Shown one piece after another: positions 20,880 through 33,900 of a stretch of DNA of 59,507 bases. Below the pieces are notes generated by a model. It searched no databases, was not told the origin of the DNA, and saw only the letters and a list, made by a program, of their open reading frames with translations. The translations under genes were made by a program, and so were the position numbers. The stretch is from Candidatus Omnitrophota bacterium (GTDB taxonomy: Bacteria > Omnitrophota > Gorgyraeia > Gygaellales > Profunditerraquicolaceae), in assembly GCA_050012075.1 (NCBI GenBank), contig JBEKHW010000006.1, positions 1 to 59,507 of the forward strand. The letters are read 5' to 3'. The number at the start of each line of letters is the position of its first letter. Within the stretch, counting starts at the first letter, position 1.

Positions 20880-21164
20880 TTAATACGCGGTCTCCGGATA
20901 TATCTCGCACCTGAGCATCTCCTTTATTTGATCGCTGTAATCTAGCTCCTCGATTTTTTGCTCAAAGTAGCGGGATTGCATGGCGGGGAAACCGTTTATC
21001 ACAAGAACCGCGTTTGCTGCGGGTGTATTATTTAAGAAAAGTACGATTCTAAAGGCTACGGCATTGTAGTTTTTGTTGGTAAGGTTCTGTATTTCTCCTT
21101 CAACGTTTAACCAGTTACCCGCGGCATCCTTTGTAAATCTTATGTTGCTGTAAGTGAAATTCAT
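20880..21164 (-). CDS. Small Ig-like (FxLYD-like) hypothetical protein
   Basis: VEGEIQN...AFRIVLF pattern; same strand as neighbours. Confidence 0.5.
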   Translation of the reverse strand: MNFTYSNIRFTKDAAGNWLNVEGEIQNLTNKNYNAVAFRIVLFLNNTPAANAVLVINGFPAMQSRYFEQKIEELDYSDQIKEMLRCEIYPETAY

Positions 21165-21180
21165 TTTCTTTTATGTCTTA

Positions 21181-22419
21181 TTAAAACAAATTTAACTGTT
21201 TTTCTCCTGCGGGCTCCTTATCTTTTTCGTCAAAAATAGAAACTACCCCGTATTCACCGTCGTAACCGGCGGCTATGTTCACCTTGCCTTCACGCATGCG
21301 TAAAATCCCCTGGGCAACTTTAGGAGGAAGATGCTTTTGTAACTCTGCGCCGGAGGCCTTCAGCAGAATATCAAACTCTGTCCCGAATTTCGCGATATAA
21401 CTTAGATAGTCCCGCTCAACAGAAACGCTTGTCTTGCCCACCCCCTTGGTCTCTGCAATAATTTCATCCAGGGGGATAAGACTGCGGAACGGTATGCGCT
21501 CTTGCGGTTTAAATCCTTCGGGCCTGTCTGCGAGCTGTTCCACTCGGTTCATAACGCCGACGGTGACGGGCTTTCCGCATTTAGGGCAGCGGCCGTTATG
21601 CTGTTTGGTCTCGCTCGGCGATAAACGCACCCCACAAAGCCTGTGCCCGTCAAAATGATATTTGCCCTCTTCGGGAAAGAATTCTATCGTATATAAGAAT
21701 CTCTTTCTGTCTTTTGTGCGCAAAACCTCTCTTATGGTCTTGTAATCTAGCTCACAGTCAAAAACGTTGGCTTCCCTTCCTATCTTATGCGGGCTGTGGC
21801 TGTCAGAATTGCTGATAAGGGTAAATTTATCCAACGCGCTTAATCGCCAGTTCATCGCCGGGTCAGATGACAATCCTGTCTCCAGGGCGAAAATCTTGGG
21901 CGACTGCTCTTCGAAACAGTCCTCGATTTTGTCAAAACCGGACATCGAACCAAAAAGAGAGAACCATGGCGTCCAGATGTGACCAGGGACAATCATACAG
22001 TTTTCATCAATATCAAAAACTATGCGCGCCAGTTCCGCCGCATCAAGACCCAGTATCGGCCTGCCATCGCTGGCAAGATTTCCTATCCTGCCTAGCCGGT
22101 CATTTATCTTATCTACGGTTTCAAAAGAAGGGCTGAAAATCATATTGTGAATGCGGTAGGTTTTTCCTTTCTTAGAATAGATACTACTTACCTCGCTTGT
22201 CAGTATAAAATTTATATCGTTATATTTTAAAATACCATTACCGCAATCTTGAAGCGTGTGCTTTAATTCCTCAAGCCAGAGATGATGGGTAAAATCCCCC
22301 GTGCCCATTAGGCTGATACCCTTGAGCTTCGCCCAATCGGCCAAGTGCTTGGTGTCCATATCCTTTGAGGTGGCGCGGGAGTATTTGGAATGAATATGAA
22401 AATCAGCTATAAATTCCAT
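21181..22419 (-). CDS. Endonuclease Q family protein (PHP domain plus Zn ribbon)
   Basis: ADFHIHSKYSRATS, GTGDFTH, SDSHS, GKYHFDGHR, CPKCG, GYDGEYG. Confidence 0.9.
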   Translation of the reverse strand: MEFIADFHIHSKYSRATSKDMDTKHLADWAKLKGISLMGTGDFTHHLWLEELKHTLQDCGNGILKYNDINFILTSEVSSIYSKKGKTYRIHNMIFSPSFETVDKINDRLGRIGNLASDGRPILGLDAAELARIVFDIDENCMIVPGHIWTPWFSLFGSMSGFDKIEDCFEEQSPKIFALETGLSSDPAMNWRLSALDKFTLISNSDSHSPHKIGREANVFDCELDYKTIREVLRTKDRKRFLYTIEFFPEEGKYHFDGHRLCGVRLSPSETKQHNGRCPKCGKPVTVGVMNRVEQLADRPEGFKPQERIPFRSLIPLDEIIAETKGVGKTSVSVERDYLSYIAKFGTEFDILLKASGAELQKHLPPKVAQGILRMREGKVNIAAGYDGEYGVVSIFDEKDKEPAGEKQLNLF

Positions 22420-22864
22420 CGATCTCCTTCAAGAGCTTCTCAACATTTCCCCAGTGAGTTCCCTGCCAGTATATGCGGCTGCATGCTGGGCAGGTAACAA
22501 ACTTTTCTTGTGTGGCAAAGACGTATGTGGGAACCCTATCTTTTACTTTCTCTTTTGCGGCGGCCACCAGGGGTTCGTTGCAGAGTATGCAGCGCGTAAA
22601 CATCATACCAGATACCGGCTTAATCTGCAATATCTTTAGGGTTGCCGCCAACTCCTCTTTTAGTTTATCGGCCTTTATTACTACAATTCGCGCGCCGGTA
22701 GGTTTAGGTAAATGACGGTTGCGCGTAACAATTATTCTTTCCTGCCGCAGGGATTCAATGATTAAGGAGCTTGCGTTTTGGCCCCTGAAATAAGCGGTGT
22801 CTAGCCCCAATATCCTAAGCCACTTTACGAGCCTTCCCAGCTCCGCGGTAAGAAGCAGCTTCAT
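22403..22864 (-). CDS. Mut7-C RNase (PIN-like plus Zn ribbon) domain protein
   Basis: LGRLVKWLRILG, TRCILCN, CPACSRIYWQGTH; start MKLLL. Confidence 0.88.
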   Translation of the reverse strand: MKLLLTAELGRLVKWLRILGLDTAYFRGQNASSLIIESLRQERIIVTRNRHLPKPTGARIVVIKADKLKEELAATLKILQIKPVSGMMFTRCILCNEPLVAAAKEKVKDRVPTYVFATQEKFVTCPACSRIYWQGTHWGNVEKLLKEIDGIYS

Positions 22865-22887
22865 CCTGGCTTCCTTTACGACACCCG

Positions 22888-24183
22888 CTACCCGTTGGTA
22901 GTCAAAGCAGAGTAGGCAATTTTCCCAGAACAGACAGTATGCTCGACTTTGCCTTTTAGCTTTCTGCCTATAAAGGGGGAGTTTTTCGACTTGGAAACAA
23001 ACTCCCTTTTCTCTACAAGCCATTCTTCTGCGGGAGAGACCACTATGATGTCGGCAGCCTTGCCGGGAGTCAAGGTTCCCTTGTCTATACCCAAAACCCT
23101 TGCCGGGTTAAGCGCTAATTTTCCTACTAATGCCGGCCAGGTAAGCAACTCTTTTTTAACGAGCGCGGTTATGCTCACGGCAAGAATGGTCTCAAGGCCT
23201 ATTATGCCAAATTGCGCACGCTCAAACTCTATCTCTTTTTCACTCTCTGTATGCGGTGCATGGTCTGAAGCAATGACATCTATGACGCCTTCTCTTAACC
23301 CCTGTTGTATGGCCAGCATATCGGACTCTGCGCGCAAAGGCGGGTTCATCTTCATATTGGGGTCATAGCCTAAAACCGCCTCTTCATTCAAAGAAAAATA
23401 ATGCGGGGCTGTCTCACAGCTTACGTTTATACCTTTTGCCTTTGCCTTGGCGATAAGCTCTACCGATTCAGCGCAGCTTATATGCGCGATATGCAGTTTT
23501 GCGCCAGTTTTTTCGGCAAGGCCGATATCCCTCTTTACCCTGAGATATTCCGATTCCCTGGAAATACCGCGCAGGCCCATACGTGTAGCTATAAAACCGC
23601 CGTTCACCACTCCGTTTCCGGAAAGCTTCTTATCTTCACAATGGGCAATAACCAACAGATTCCCGTCTTTTGCCTGTTTAAGCGCTTCATACATAATTGT
23701 TTCATCTTCTATGGATGAGCCGTCGTCGGTGATAGCAATTGCGCCCGATTCTTTCAGTTTCTTTACCTCTACCAATTCATTGCCTTGCCTGCCTTTGGTA
23801 ATTGCTGCGGCAATAAAAACATTTGCTTTGGCAGAGCGGCCGATAATATCCTTAAGCAAGCTAACGGTCTGCGGGCTATCGATAGCGGGGTCGGTATTCG
23901 GCATGGCCAACACGCTTGTAACTCCACCCTTAAGCGCTGCTCCTGTCCCGGTTTCTACTGTTTCCTTGTCTTCCCTGCCTGGCTCCCTAAGATGCACATG
24001 CATGTCTACAAGGCCTGGTAAAACAATTTTATCAGTGGCGTCAATGAGTATCGCGCCATCGGCTTTAATATCTTTGCCCACTTTTGCTATTTTAGCGTCC
24101 TGGATAAGAATATCGCTTATCATATCCAGGTTATTCGCGGGGTCAATAACCCTGCCATTTTTAATCAGTAATTTTTGCCCCAT
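22888..24183 (-). CDS. pyrC: Dihydroorotase
   Basis: DMHVHLREPG, MPNT, KMNPPLR, ASDHAPH. Confidence 0.96.
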   Translation of the reverse strand: MGQKLLIKNGRVIDPANNLDMISDILIQDAKIAKVGKDIKADGAILIDATDKIVLPGLVDMHVHLREPGREDKETVETGTGAALKGGVTSVLAMPNTDPAIDSPQTVSLLKDIIGRSAKANVFIAAAITKGRQGNELVEVKKLKESGAIAITDDGSSIEDETIMYEALKQAKDGNLLVIAHCEDKKLSGNGVVNGGFIATRMGLRGISRESEYLRVKRDIGLAEKTGAKLHIAHISCAESVELIAKAKAKGINVSCETAPHYFSLNEEAVLGYDPNMKMNPPLRAESDMLAIQQGLREGVIDVIASDHAPHTESEKEIEFERAQFGIIGLETILAVSITALVKKELLTWPALVGKLALNPARVLGIDKGTLTPGKAADIIVVSPAEEWLVEKREFVSKSKNSPFIGRKLKGKVEHTVCSGKIAYSALTTNG

Positions 24184-25114
24184 TATTGTCCTTTGCCTGA
24201 GCAACCAAAAATAATACGCTCATGCGTACGGCGATACCATTAGTAACCTGCTCTAAAATCACGGAGTTGGCTCCGTCGGCAATTTCACTGGATATCTCAA
24301 CGCCCCTGTTTATGGGCCCTGGATGCATGACAAGAATGTTTTTCTTTGCTTTGTTAAGACGGCTCTCGGTAATACCATATTGTTTAAAATATTCCAGCTG
24401 CTGGGGAAACGCCGCTTTTTCATCCCGCTCAAACTGCATGCGCAGGACGTTCACCGCATCCGCTTGTCTTAGCGCCTCCTCAATATCATAAGTCACATTG
24501 GCGCCCATCTTTTCTATTCCTTCCGGTATAAGCATCTTCGGGGCGCATACCGTCACCTTGGCGCCGAGTTTAGTGAGCCCCCAGATGTTTGAACGCGCCA
24601 CGCGCGAATGCGCTATGTCGCCGACTATACTTACGTGCAACCCCTCAATGCGGCCGAGCTTCTCTTTTAAGGTAAAGATATCCAGGAGTGCCTGGGTAGG
24701 ATGCTCGTGCCATCCATCCCCTGCGTTAACCACGCTGATATCAAGGCACCTGGCAAGCATGGTAGCTGCCCCGGAACAGTTGTGCCGCATAACAATTACA
24801 TCAGCCTTCAACGCCTGTATGTTTTTGCCTGTATCAATAAGCGTCTCTCCCTTGCGGACGCTAGAAGTTTCCGTAGCAATATTAATGACATCTGCGGAAA
24901 GCCGTTTTGCCGCTACTTCAAAAGAAACGCGAGTCCTTGTGGATGGCTCATAGAATAAATTAACCACGGTTTTGCCCCTTAGCGCGGGGACCTTTTTGAT
25001 TTCACGCGTAGTCACTTCTTTAAAGGACTCCGCGGTTGCCAAAATCAATTCTATCTCTTCTTTGGTTAACTCTTCCAGGCCCAGGAGGTCTTTTCTTGCC
25101 CAGTTACCCGCCAT
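24161..25114 (-). CDS. pyrB: Aspartate carbamoyltransferase catalytic subunit
   Basis: FYEPSTRT, HPTQALLD, MHPGP. Confidence 0.97.
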   Translation of the reverse strand: MAGNWARKDLLGLEELTKEEIELILATAESFKEVTTREIKKVPALRGKTVVNLFYEPSTRTRVSFEVAAKRLSADVINIATETSSVRKGETLIDTGKNIQALKADVIVMRHNCSGAATMLARCLDISVVNAGDGWHEHPTQALLDIFTLKEKLGRIEGLHVSIVGDIAHSRVARSNIWGLTKLGAKVTVCAPKMLIPEGIEKMGANVTYDIEEALRQADAVNVLRMQFERDEKAAFPQQLEYFKQYGITESRLNKAKKNILVMHPGPINRGVEISSEIADGANSVILEQVTNGIAVRMSVLFLVAQAKDNNGAKITD

Positions 25115-25117
25115 AAT

Positions 25118-25752
<635 letters not shown>

Positions 25753-25763
25753 ATAATCCGCTC

Positions 25764-25868
25764 AAAAAAATACCCTTGGTTTTTCTACCAAGGGTCAAAT
25801 TTTCCTGCTATTTTGCCGCACTTCATCTTTTCTTTCCTTGCTGGCTTCTCTGAGCCAGCTTAAAGGTT
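25764..25868 (-). promoter_or_regulatory. PyrR-binding loop and attenuator terminator
   Basis: CCTTTAA-GCTGGCTCAGAGAAGCCAGC-AAGG resembles the PyrR anti-antiterminator; then ACCCTTGGT...ACCAAGGGT plus T7. Confidence 0.85.
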
Positions 25869-25883
25869 GTCTGATTCGTAATA

Positions 25884-25912
25884 AATATATCATCAAAGCG
25901 CAGGAATGTCAA
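25884..25912 (-). promoter_or_regulatory. pyr leader promoter
   Basis: TTGACA-17 nt-TATATT. Confidence 0.65.
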
Positions 25913-25913
25913 G

Positions 25914-26567
25914 TTAAATAATAATAACAAATTCTCCGCGCGGCCTTTCTCTTCTAAGGGCAGCCAGGATAAGAGAAGATGAACCACGCTTTACCTCCTC
26001 AAACTTTTTGGTGAGTTCTCTGGCGACAACGATTTCTTTTTCGCCAAATATTGTATGCATATCCTCCAGGGTGGCTAGGATTCTGTGGCAGGATTCATAA
26101 ATAATGACGGTGCACGGTGATTGAGCAAGCTCTTTAAGCCGGTTACGGCGGGCCTGGGCCCTGTTGGGCAGGAACCCTTCAAAGAAAAATCTGTGTGCGG
26201 GCTTGCCGGATAAAACCAAGGCATTTACCAACGCCGTGGGACCCGGAATCACGGTTAGCGCGATATTGTGTTTTATAGCCAGGTTGATGATATTGTAGCC
26301 GGGGTCAAGAATCCCAGGCATACCAGCATCTGAAACTAAAGCTATGGATTTACCGTTTTGTAATAAACCTAGGAGCTGCTGGGCTTTTACAATACGGTTG
26401 TGTTGAAAGAAGCTTGTTGTGGGCGTCGTAATCCCGTAGTGGGTTAGCAATATTTTGGTGTGCCGGGTGTCTTCGCAGGCAATCAGGTCTACGGACTTTA
26501 ACGCCTCTATTGCACGCATGGTTATATCTTTTAGGTTACCTATGGGGGTTGCAACTATATATAGCAT
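25914..26567 (-). CDS. rsmI: 16S rRNA C1402 2'-O-methyltransferase
   Basis: LYIVATPIGNL, CEDTR, VSDAG, ARELTK. Confidence 0.96.
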   Translation of the reverse strand: MLYIVATPIGNLKDITMRAIEALKSVDLIACEDTRHTKILLTHYGITTPTTSFFQHNRIVKAQQLLGLLQNGKSIALVSDAGMPGILDPGYNIINLAIKHNIALTVIPGPTALVNALVLSGKPAHRFFFEGFLPNRAQARRNRLKELAQSPCTVIIYESCHRILATLEDMHTIFGEKEIVVARELTKKFEEVKRGSSSLILAALRRERPRGEFVIII

Positions 26568-28402
26568 TATTCTACGGTTACTGACTTTGCGAGGTTCCTC
26601 GGCTGGTCTACATCGCAGCCGCGTTTAACCGCGATGTGATAAGCTAATAACTGCAGGGGCAACGCTATGATTAACGGAGAGAAAAATTCTTCAATCTTAG
26701 GCGTGTAGATGACTTCACCCGTCATCTCTTTCATCCCTTCGTCGGCCTCGGATGCGATGGCAATGATCTTGCCGTGCCGGGAATGTATCTCCTGTATATT
26801 AGAGATCATCTTTTCATATATCTTTGACTGGGGGGCAATGCAAACGACAGCGCGGTACTCGTCAATGAGCGCGATAGGGCCGTGTTTCATCTCCCCTGCG
26901 GCATAACCCTCTGCCGGAATATAGGAAATTTCTTTTAATTTTAACGCGCCCTCTAACGCTGAAGGATAATTGATATTCCTTCCCAGATACAGGAATGAAC
27001 CGAAGTGCGAATGCCTGCGGGCTATGCGGGCTATTTCACCCTGATCCTTTAAAACCTTTTCCATAAGGAGCGGGACGCGGTTTAATTCATCGATAAATTT
27101 ATTTCTCCTTCCATTAGCCAGCGTATTCCTTACTCCGGCAAAATAAAACGCGAACAGGTAAAGCGCGGTTAACTGCGCGGTATATGCCTTGGTGGAGGCA
27201 ACCCCTATTTCTGGCCCTGCATGAGTATAAATGACGCCATCGGATTCGCGGGTTAACGTGGAACCCAGAACGTTACATATTGAAAGCACCGCGGCTTGCC
27301 GTTTGCGCGCCTCGCGCGCCCCTGCCAAGGTATCTGCAGTCTCCCCTGACTGGCTTATGGCAATTACCAATGTATCCCTGTCAATCAAGAGGTCGCGGTA
27401 GCGGAATTCGCTTGAGACATCCACTGCAATCGGCACTGCGCAGAGCGCTTCTAAAATATATTTGCCTACCAAGCCTGCGTGATATGCCGTGCCGCAGGCG
27501 ACTATGGATATATTCTTTATGCTTTTTAGCTTTTCTTCGCTTATGTTCTGATCGGGGAAACCTATCTTGTTCTCTCTTTGGACATACAAATTAAGCAGGC
27601 CCTTGATAATAGCCGGCTGCTCATTAATCTCTTTGAGCATGAAATGTTTATAGCCCTGCTTCTGCGCCTGGGCTATATCCCAGGATATATGCGTTGGCTT
27701 TTTGGTTACGGGTTTTCCGTCTAGGTCAGTTACCTTACAGGCGTCTTTAGAAAGAATTACTACTTCATTCTCGTCTAAAAAAATTATCTCCTTCGTGTAT
27801 TCCAAGACAGCCGGCACATCTGAAGCAAGAAAATTTTCCTCTTTTCCTAAGCCGACGATTAAGGGGCTGCCCGAACGCGCTCCCACAAGCTTTGCCGGCT
27901 CCCTTGTGGATATTACGCCTATGGCAAAAGAGCCAACTAATAGTTTCAGGGCACGGCGCACCGCATCTTCTAATGGGACGTTTTGATAGAATTTTTCAAT
28001 CAGATGGGCAATTACTTCGGTATCGGTCTGACTGGTAAACCTATGCCCTTCTTTAATCAGGGTATTTTTGAGGGTTTCGTAATTCTCAATAATCCCGTTA
28101 TGCACTATTGCGATTTCTCCGCTGCAATCGCTGTGCGGATGGGCGTTATCTAGCGTCGGAGCCCCATGCGTTGCCCAGCGGGTATGGGCTATACCAGTGT
28201 TACCTGTGAGGGGTTTTGTTTTAAGAAGTTTCTCTAACGCTTTAATTTTGCCGGGGGTCTTACGTATGGAGAGGCTGTTCTTCTTGGTAAGTATTACTGC
28301 CATACCGCTTGAATCGTAACCGCGGTATTCAAGGCGCTTCAATCCTCCTAACAGTATTGGCTGGGCGGGTTTTTCGCCTATGTATCCTACTATACCGCAC
28401 AT
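26567..28402 (-). CDS. glmS: Glutamine-fructose-6-phosphate aminotransferase
   Basis: True start MCGIVG (Ntn Cys); C-terminal PRNLAKSVTVE. Confidence 0.98.
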   Translation of the reverse strand: MCGIVGYIGEKPAQPILLGGLKRLEYRGYDSSGMAVILTKKNSLSIRKTPGKIKALEKLLKTKPLTGNTGIAHTRWATHGAPTLDNAHPHSDCSGEIAIVHNGIIENYETLKNTLIKEGHRFTSQTDTEVIAHLIEKFYQNVPLEDAVRRALKLLVGSFAIGVISTREPAKLVGARSGSPLIVGLGKEENFLASDVPAVLEYTKEIIFLDENEVVILSKDACKVTDLDGKPVTKKPTHISWDIAQAQKQGYKHFMLKEINEQPAIIKGLLNLYVQRENKIGFPDQNISEEKLKSIKNISIVACGTAYHAGLVGKYILEALCAVPIAVDVSSEFRYRDLLIDRDTLVIAISQSGETADTLAGAREARKRQAAVLSICNVLGSTLTRESDGVIYTHAGPEIGVASTKAYTAQLTALYLFAFYFAGVRNTLANGRRNKFIDELNRVPLLMEKVLKDQGEIARIARRHSHFGSFLYLGRNINYPSALEGALKLKEISYIPAEGYAAGEMKHGPIALIDEYRAVVCIAPQSKIYEKMISNIQEIHSRHGKIIAIASEADEGMKEMTGEVIYTPKIEEFFSPLIIALPLQLLAYHIAVKRGCDVDQPRNLAKSVTVE

Positions 28403-28501
28403 TGAGCACACTCCTGTGCTTGGCCTAAAGGCCAAGCACATTTAGCGAAATCCCGCAAGCAGCCATTGTTTAAAGTTGAGCTGCGAAACGGGACTGAGCA
28501 C
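28403..28501. repeat. Structured glmS leader bounded by a TGAGCAC direct repeat
   Basis: Perfect hairpin TGTGCTTGGCCT-AA-AGGCCAAGCACA (28415-28440); TGAGCAC at 28403 and 28495. Confidence 0.55.
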
Positions 28502-28512
28502 CTTAAGTGTAA

Positions 28513-28587
28513 TGTCCCCAACGAGATTTGAACTCGTGTCGAGAGCTTGAAAAGCTCTTGTCCTAGACCAGGCTAGACGATGGGGAC
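28513..28587 (-). tRNA. tRNA-Glu(TTC)
   Basis: Cloverleaf; anticodon arm AGAGC-TTTTCAA-GCTCT. Confidence 0.95.
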
Positions 28588-28591
28588 AAAG

Positions 28592-31024
28592 CTATTCTTC
28601 TTCCTCGGCAATAACAGGGGCTACGCAGGAAACCCTGTCTTTCTCCTGTAACTTAATCAGGCGCACACCCTGAGAGGAACGACCTGTCTCGCGGATGTCC
28701 TTGACCGCGCAACGTAAGAAAATACCGTTTTGCGTAATAACCATCAGCTCGTCATTGTCGTTAACAGTCTTTAAACTGACTGCTTGCCCATTTTTATCGG
28801 TAACTTTAATGTTTATCACGCCTTTTCCGCCCCTGCTGGTCAGGCGATACTCATCAACGGTAGTCCGCTTAGCGAATCCGAGTTCCGTAACGGTGAGTAT
28901 TGCCGCTTCTTTCTTGGCAATAACCATATCTATAACTTCATCCTTTTTCCCCAAGGTTATCCCGCGCACACCCTTAGCAGATCTGCCCATATCGCGCACC
29001 TTGGTTTCGGAAAATCTGACTGCCTTGCCCTGACGGGTGCCGATTAAGAGTTCCTGGTGGCCGTCGGTAAGATCAACGCCTATTAATTCATCGTCTTTAT
29101 CAAGAGTGATACTGATAATCCCGCCTTTTCTGGGATTACCGTAAGCATCGAGTTTTGTCTTCTTAATAACGCCCTTTTTGGTAACCATAACCAGGTATTT
29201 ATCCGGGGCGAATTCCTTGACCGGAATCGTTGAGCTGATTTTTGAACCCTGCTCAATCTGAATAAGGTTAATTATTGCTTTGCCCTTTGATATCTTTGAC
29301 GCCTGAGGTATTTCATAAACCTTAAGCCAGTGCACCTGCCCTTTGCCGGTAAAAATAAGCAGGTAATCCTTTGTGGAAGCGACAAACAGGTGTTCAACAA
29401 AATCCTCTTCCTTAACTTCCGCTCCGGTCGTGCCCCTGCCCCCGCGTTTTTGTTTGCGATAGGCGCTTACGGGCAGGCGCTTTATATAGCCGCCGTGGCT
29501 GATAGTAACCACGACATCCTCTTCGGCAATCAAATCCTCTACTTCCAGTTCCTCTACTTCCCCGACGATATCGGTCCTGCGTTCATCTCCGTATTTCTTC
29601 TTCAACTCCTCTAGTTCCTCCTTGATAATCGCCTCTATCTTCTTTTCAGAAGCAAGTATTGCTTTGCATATCTCTATTTTCTTAAGTAACTCTGCGTATT
29701 CCGCATCAAGCTTATCCCGTTCAAGCGCGGTAAGGCGCTGCAGCTGCATTTCCAGGATCGCCTGGGACTGGATCTCCGATAAGTCAAATTCTTTCATCAG
29801 GCGCTCTTTTGCCTGCTCTGTATTCTTGGAAGTCTTGATTGTTTTTATGATGCGGTCGATAAACTTCAGGGCGATCTTTAATCCCTCTAAAATATGCGCG
29901 CGCTTTAATGCCTTGTCCAGCTCGAATTGGGTACGCCGACGGATAATCACCTTGCGGTGTTCTATATAATATTCGAGCACCTGCCGTAAATTCAACACCC
30001 GCGGCCGGTTCTCTACCAACGCCAGCATTATTATGCCAAAGGTGGTCTCCAGCTGCGTATGCTTAAAAAGCTGGTTTAAAATAATCTGGGGCTCGACATC
30101 GCGCTTAAGCTCTACTACGATACGCATCCCCTCTTTATCAGATTCATCGCGGATATCGGATATCCCCTCTATCTTTTTGTCGTCTACTAAAGAGGCTATT
30201 GCTTCAATAAGCGATGCCTTTTGCACCTGATAGGGGATCTCGGTGATTACAATCATATCTTTACCGTTCTTCTGGTGCTCCACGGTTGCCCGTGCGCGCA
30301 CAGTAACCTTGCCCCTCCCTGTCGTAAACGCTTCTTTTATGCCGCCCTTGCCGCAAATCACCCCGCCCGTCGGAAAATCAGGACCCTTCATATAACGCAT
30401 CAAATCCTTTATTTCTGCGCCGGGATTATCCAGGATATAAATAATGGCATCCGCTACTTCATTCAAATTATGCGGCGGGATATTTGTAGCCATGCCTACG
30501 GCGATACCCGATGAGCCGTTTACCAACAAGTTAGGGAGACACGCCGGCAATAGGAGCGGTTCTTTCAAAGAGGCATCGAAGTTGGGGCCGAAATTTACCG
30601 TCTCCTTATCTATGTCTCCGAGTATGTCATCGGAGACAGATGCCAGGCGCGCCTCGGTATAACGCATAGCTGCGGCGGCATCTCCGTCGACAGAGCCGAA
30701 GTTCCCCTGGCCATCCACTAACGGATAACGCAGGGAGAAATCCTGTGCCATTCTTACCAGCGTATCGTAAACCGCGACATCTCCGTGCGGATGGTATTTA
30801 CCTAAAACTTCTCCGACAATACGCGCGCATTTCTTATAGGGCTTGGAATGTTCCAGGCCCAACTCTTGCATGGCAAAGAGGATGCGGCGATGTACCGGCT
30901 TTAGGCCGTCACGCACATCCGGAAGAGCGCGGCCGACAATTACGCTCATGGCGTAATTAAGATAGGAATCCTTTACTTCGTCCTCAATATTAACCGGTAT
31001 TATTTTTTCGTTGCGGGTATACAT
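28592..31024 (-). CDS. gyrA: DNA gyrase subunit A
   Basis: YHPHGD, AAMRYTE, GyrA-box QKRGGRG. Confidence 0.98.
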   Translation of the reverse strand: MYTRNEKIIPVNIEDEVKDSYLNYAMSVIVGRALPDVRDGLKPVHRRILFAMQELGLEHSKPYKKCARIVGEVLGKYHPHGDVAVYDTLVRMAQDFSLRYPLVDGQGNFGSVDGDAAAAMRYTEARLASVSDDILGDIDKETVNFGPNFDASLKEPLLLPACLPNLLVNGSSGIAVGMATNIPPHNLNEVADAIIYILDNPGAEIKDLMRYMKGPDFPTGGVICGKGGIKEAFTTGRGKVTVRARATVEHQKNGKDMIVITEIPYQVQKASLIEAIASLVDDKKIEGISDIRDESDKEGMRIVVELKRDVEPQIILNQLFKHTQLETTFGIIMLALVENRPRVLNLRQVLEYYIEHRKVIIRRRTQFELDKALKRAHILEGLKIALKFIDRIIKTIKTSKNTEQAKERLMKEFDLSEIQSQAILEMQLQRLTALERDKLDAEYAELLKKIEICKAILASEKKIEAIIKEELEELKKKYGDERRTDIVGEVEELEVEDLIAEEDVVVTISHGGYIKRLPVSAYRKQKRGGRGTTGAEVKEEDFVEHLFVASTKDYLLIFTGKGQVHWLKVYEIPQASKISKGKAIINLIQIEQGSKISSTIPVKEFAPDKYLVMVTKKGVIKKTKLDAYGNPRKGGIISITLDKDDELIGVDLTDGHQELLIGTRQGKAVRFSETKVRDMGRSAKGVRGITLGKKDEVIDMVIAKKEAAILTVTELGFAKRTTVDEYRLTSRGGKGVINIKVTDKNGQAVSLKTVNDNDELMVITQNGIFLRCAVKDIRETGRSSQGVRLIKLQEKDRVSCVAPVIAEEEE

Positions 31025-31028
31025 GTTT

Positions 31029-31085
31029 TAGTTCATGATTCATGGTTCATGGTTGATAGTACTATGAACTATCCACTATGAACTA
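31029..31085. repeat. Head-to-head heptamer arrays forming a hairpin in the gyrB-gyrA spacer
   Basis: TAGTTCATGATTCATGGTTCATGGTTGATAGT|ACTATGAACTATCCACTATGAACTA. Confidence 0.85.
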
Positions 31086-31086
31086 G

Positions 31087-33612
<2,526 letters not shown>

Positions 33613-33621
33613 CTACCTTGC

Positions 33622-33900
33622 CTACCCTAACCTGAAACGTATATCTTTAATCTTATCTGTTTTATAACGTAACTGTGAAAGCAGGTGCTCTTTCTTGAGA
33701 TTAAAGTTATACAGCCAGCTTGAAGAATCAACGCTGACACCCATGACGCCTTTTTTAAAATACTTAAATTTTATATGTTGCCGCTCCCTGTTTGTCAAGG
33801 TATTTTTTAACAGCGCCTCCGGGCTTGCTGTTGGGGCACCTTCTTTTTTACCGGCTAAATCCTGCATTATCCCGGCGATGGTTTCCTTGATTTTTTCCAT
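33622..33900 (-). CDS. DUF721/DciA-family helicase-loader-like protein
   Basis: Position between dnaN and gyrB; VSVDSSSWLYNF...IKDIRF. Confidence 0.7.
   Translation of the reverse strand: MEKIKETIAGIMQDLAGKKEGAPTASPEALLKNTLTNRERQHIKFKYFKKGVMGVSVDSSSWLYNFNLKKEHLLSQLRYKTDKIKDIRFRLG

Noticed and set aside
28403-28512. glmS ribozyme
   Set aside because: Conserved catalytic core not found; reported instead as an unexplained structured leader
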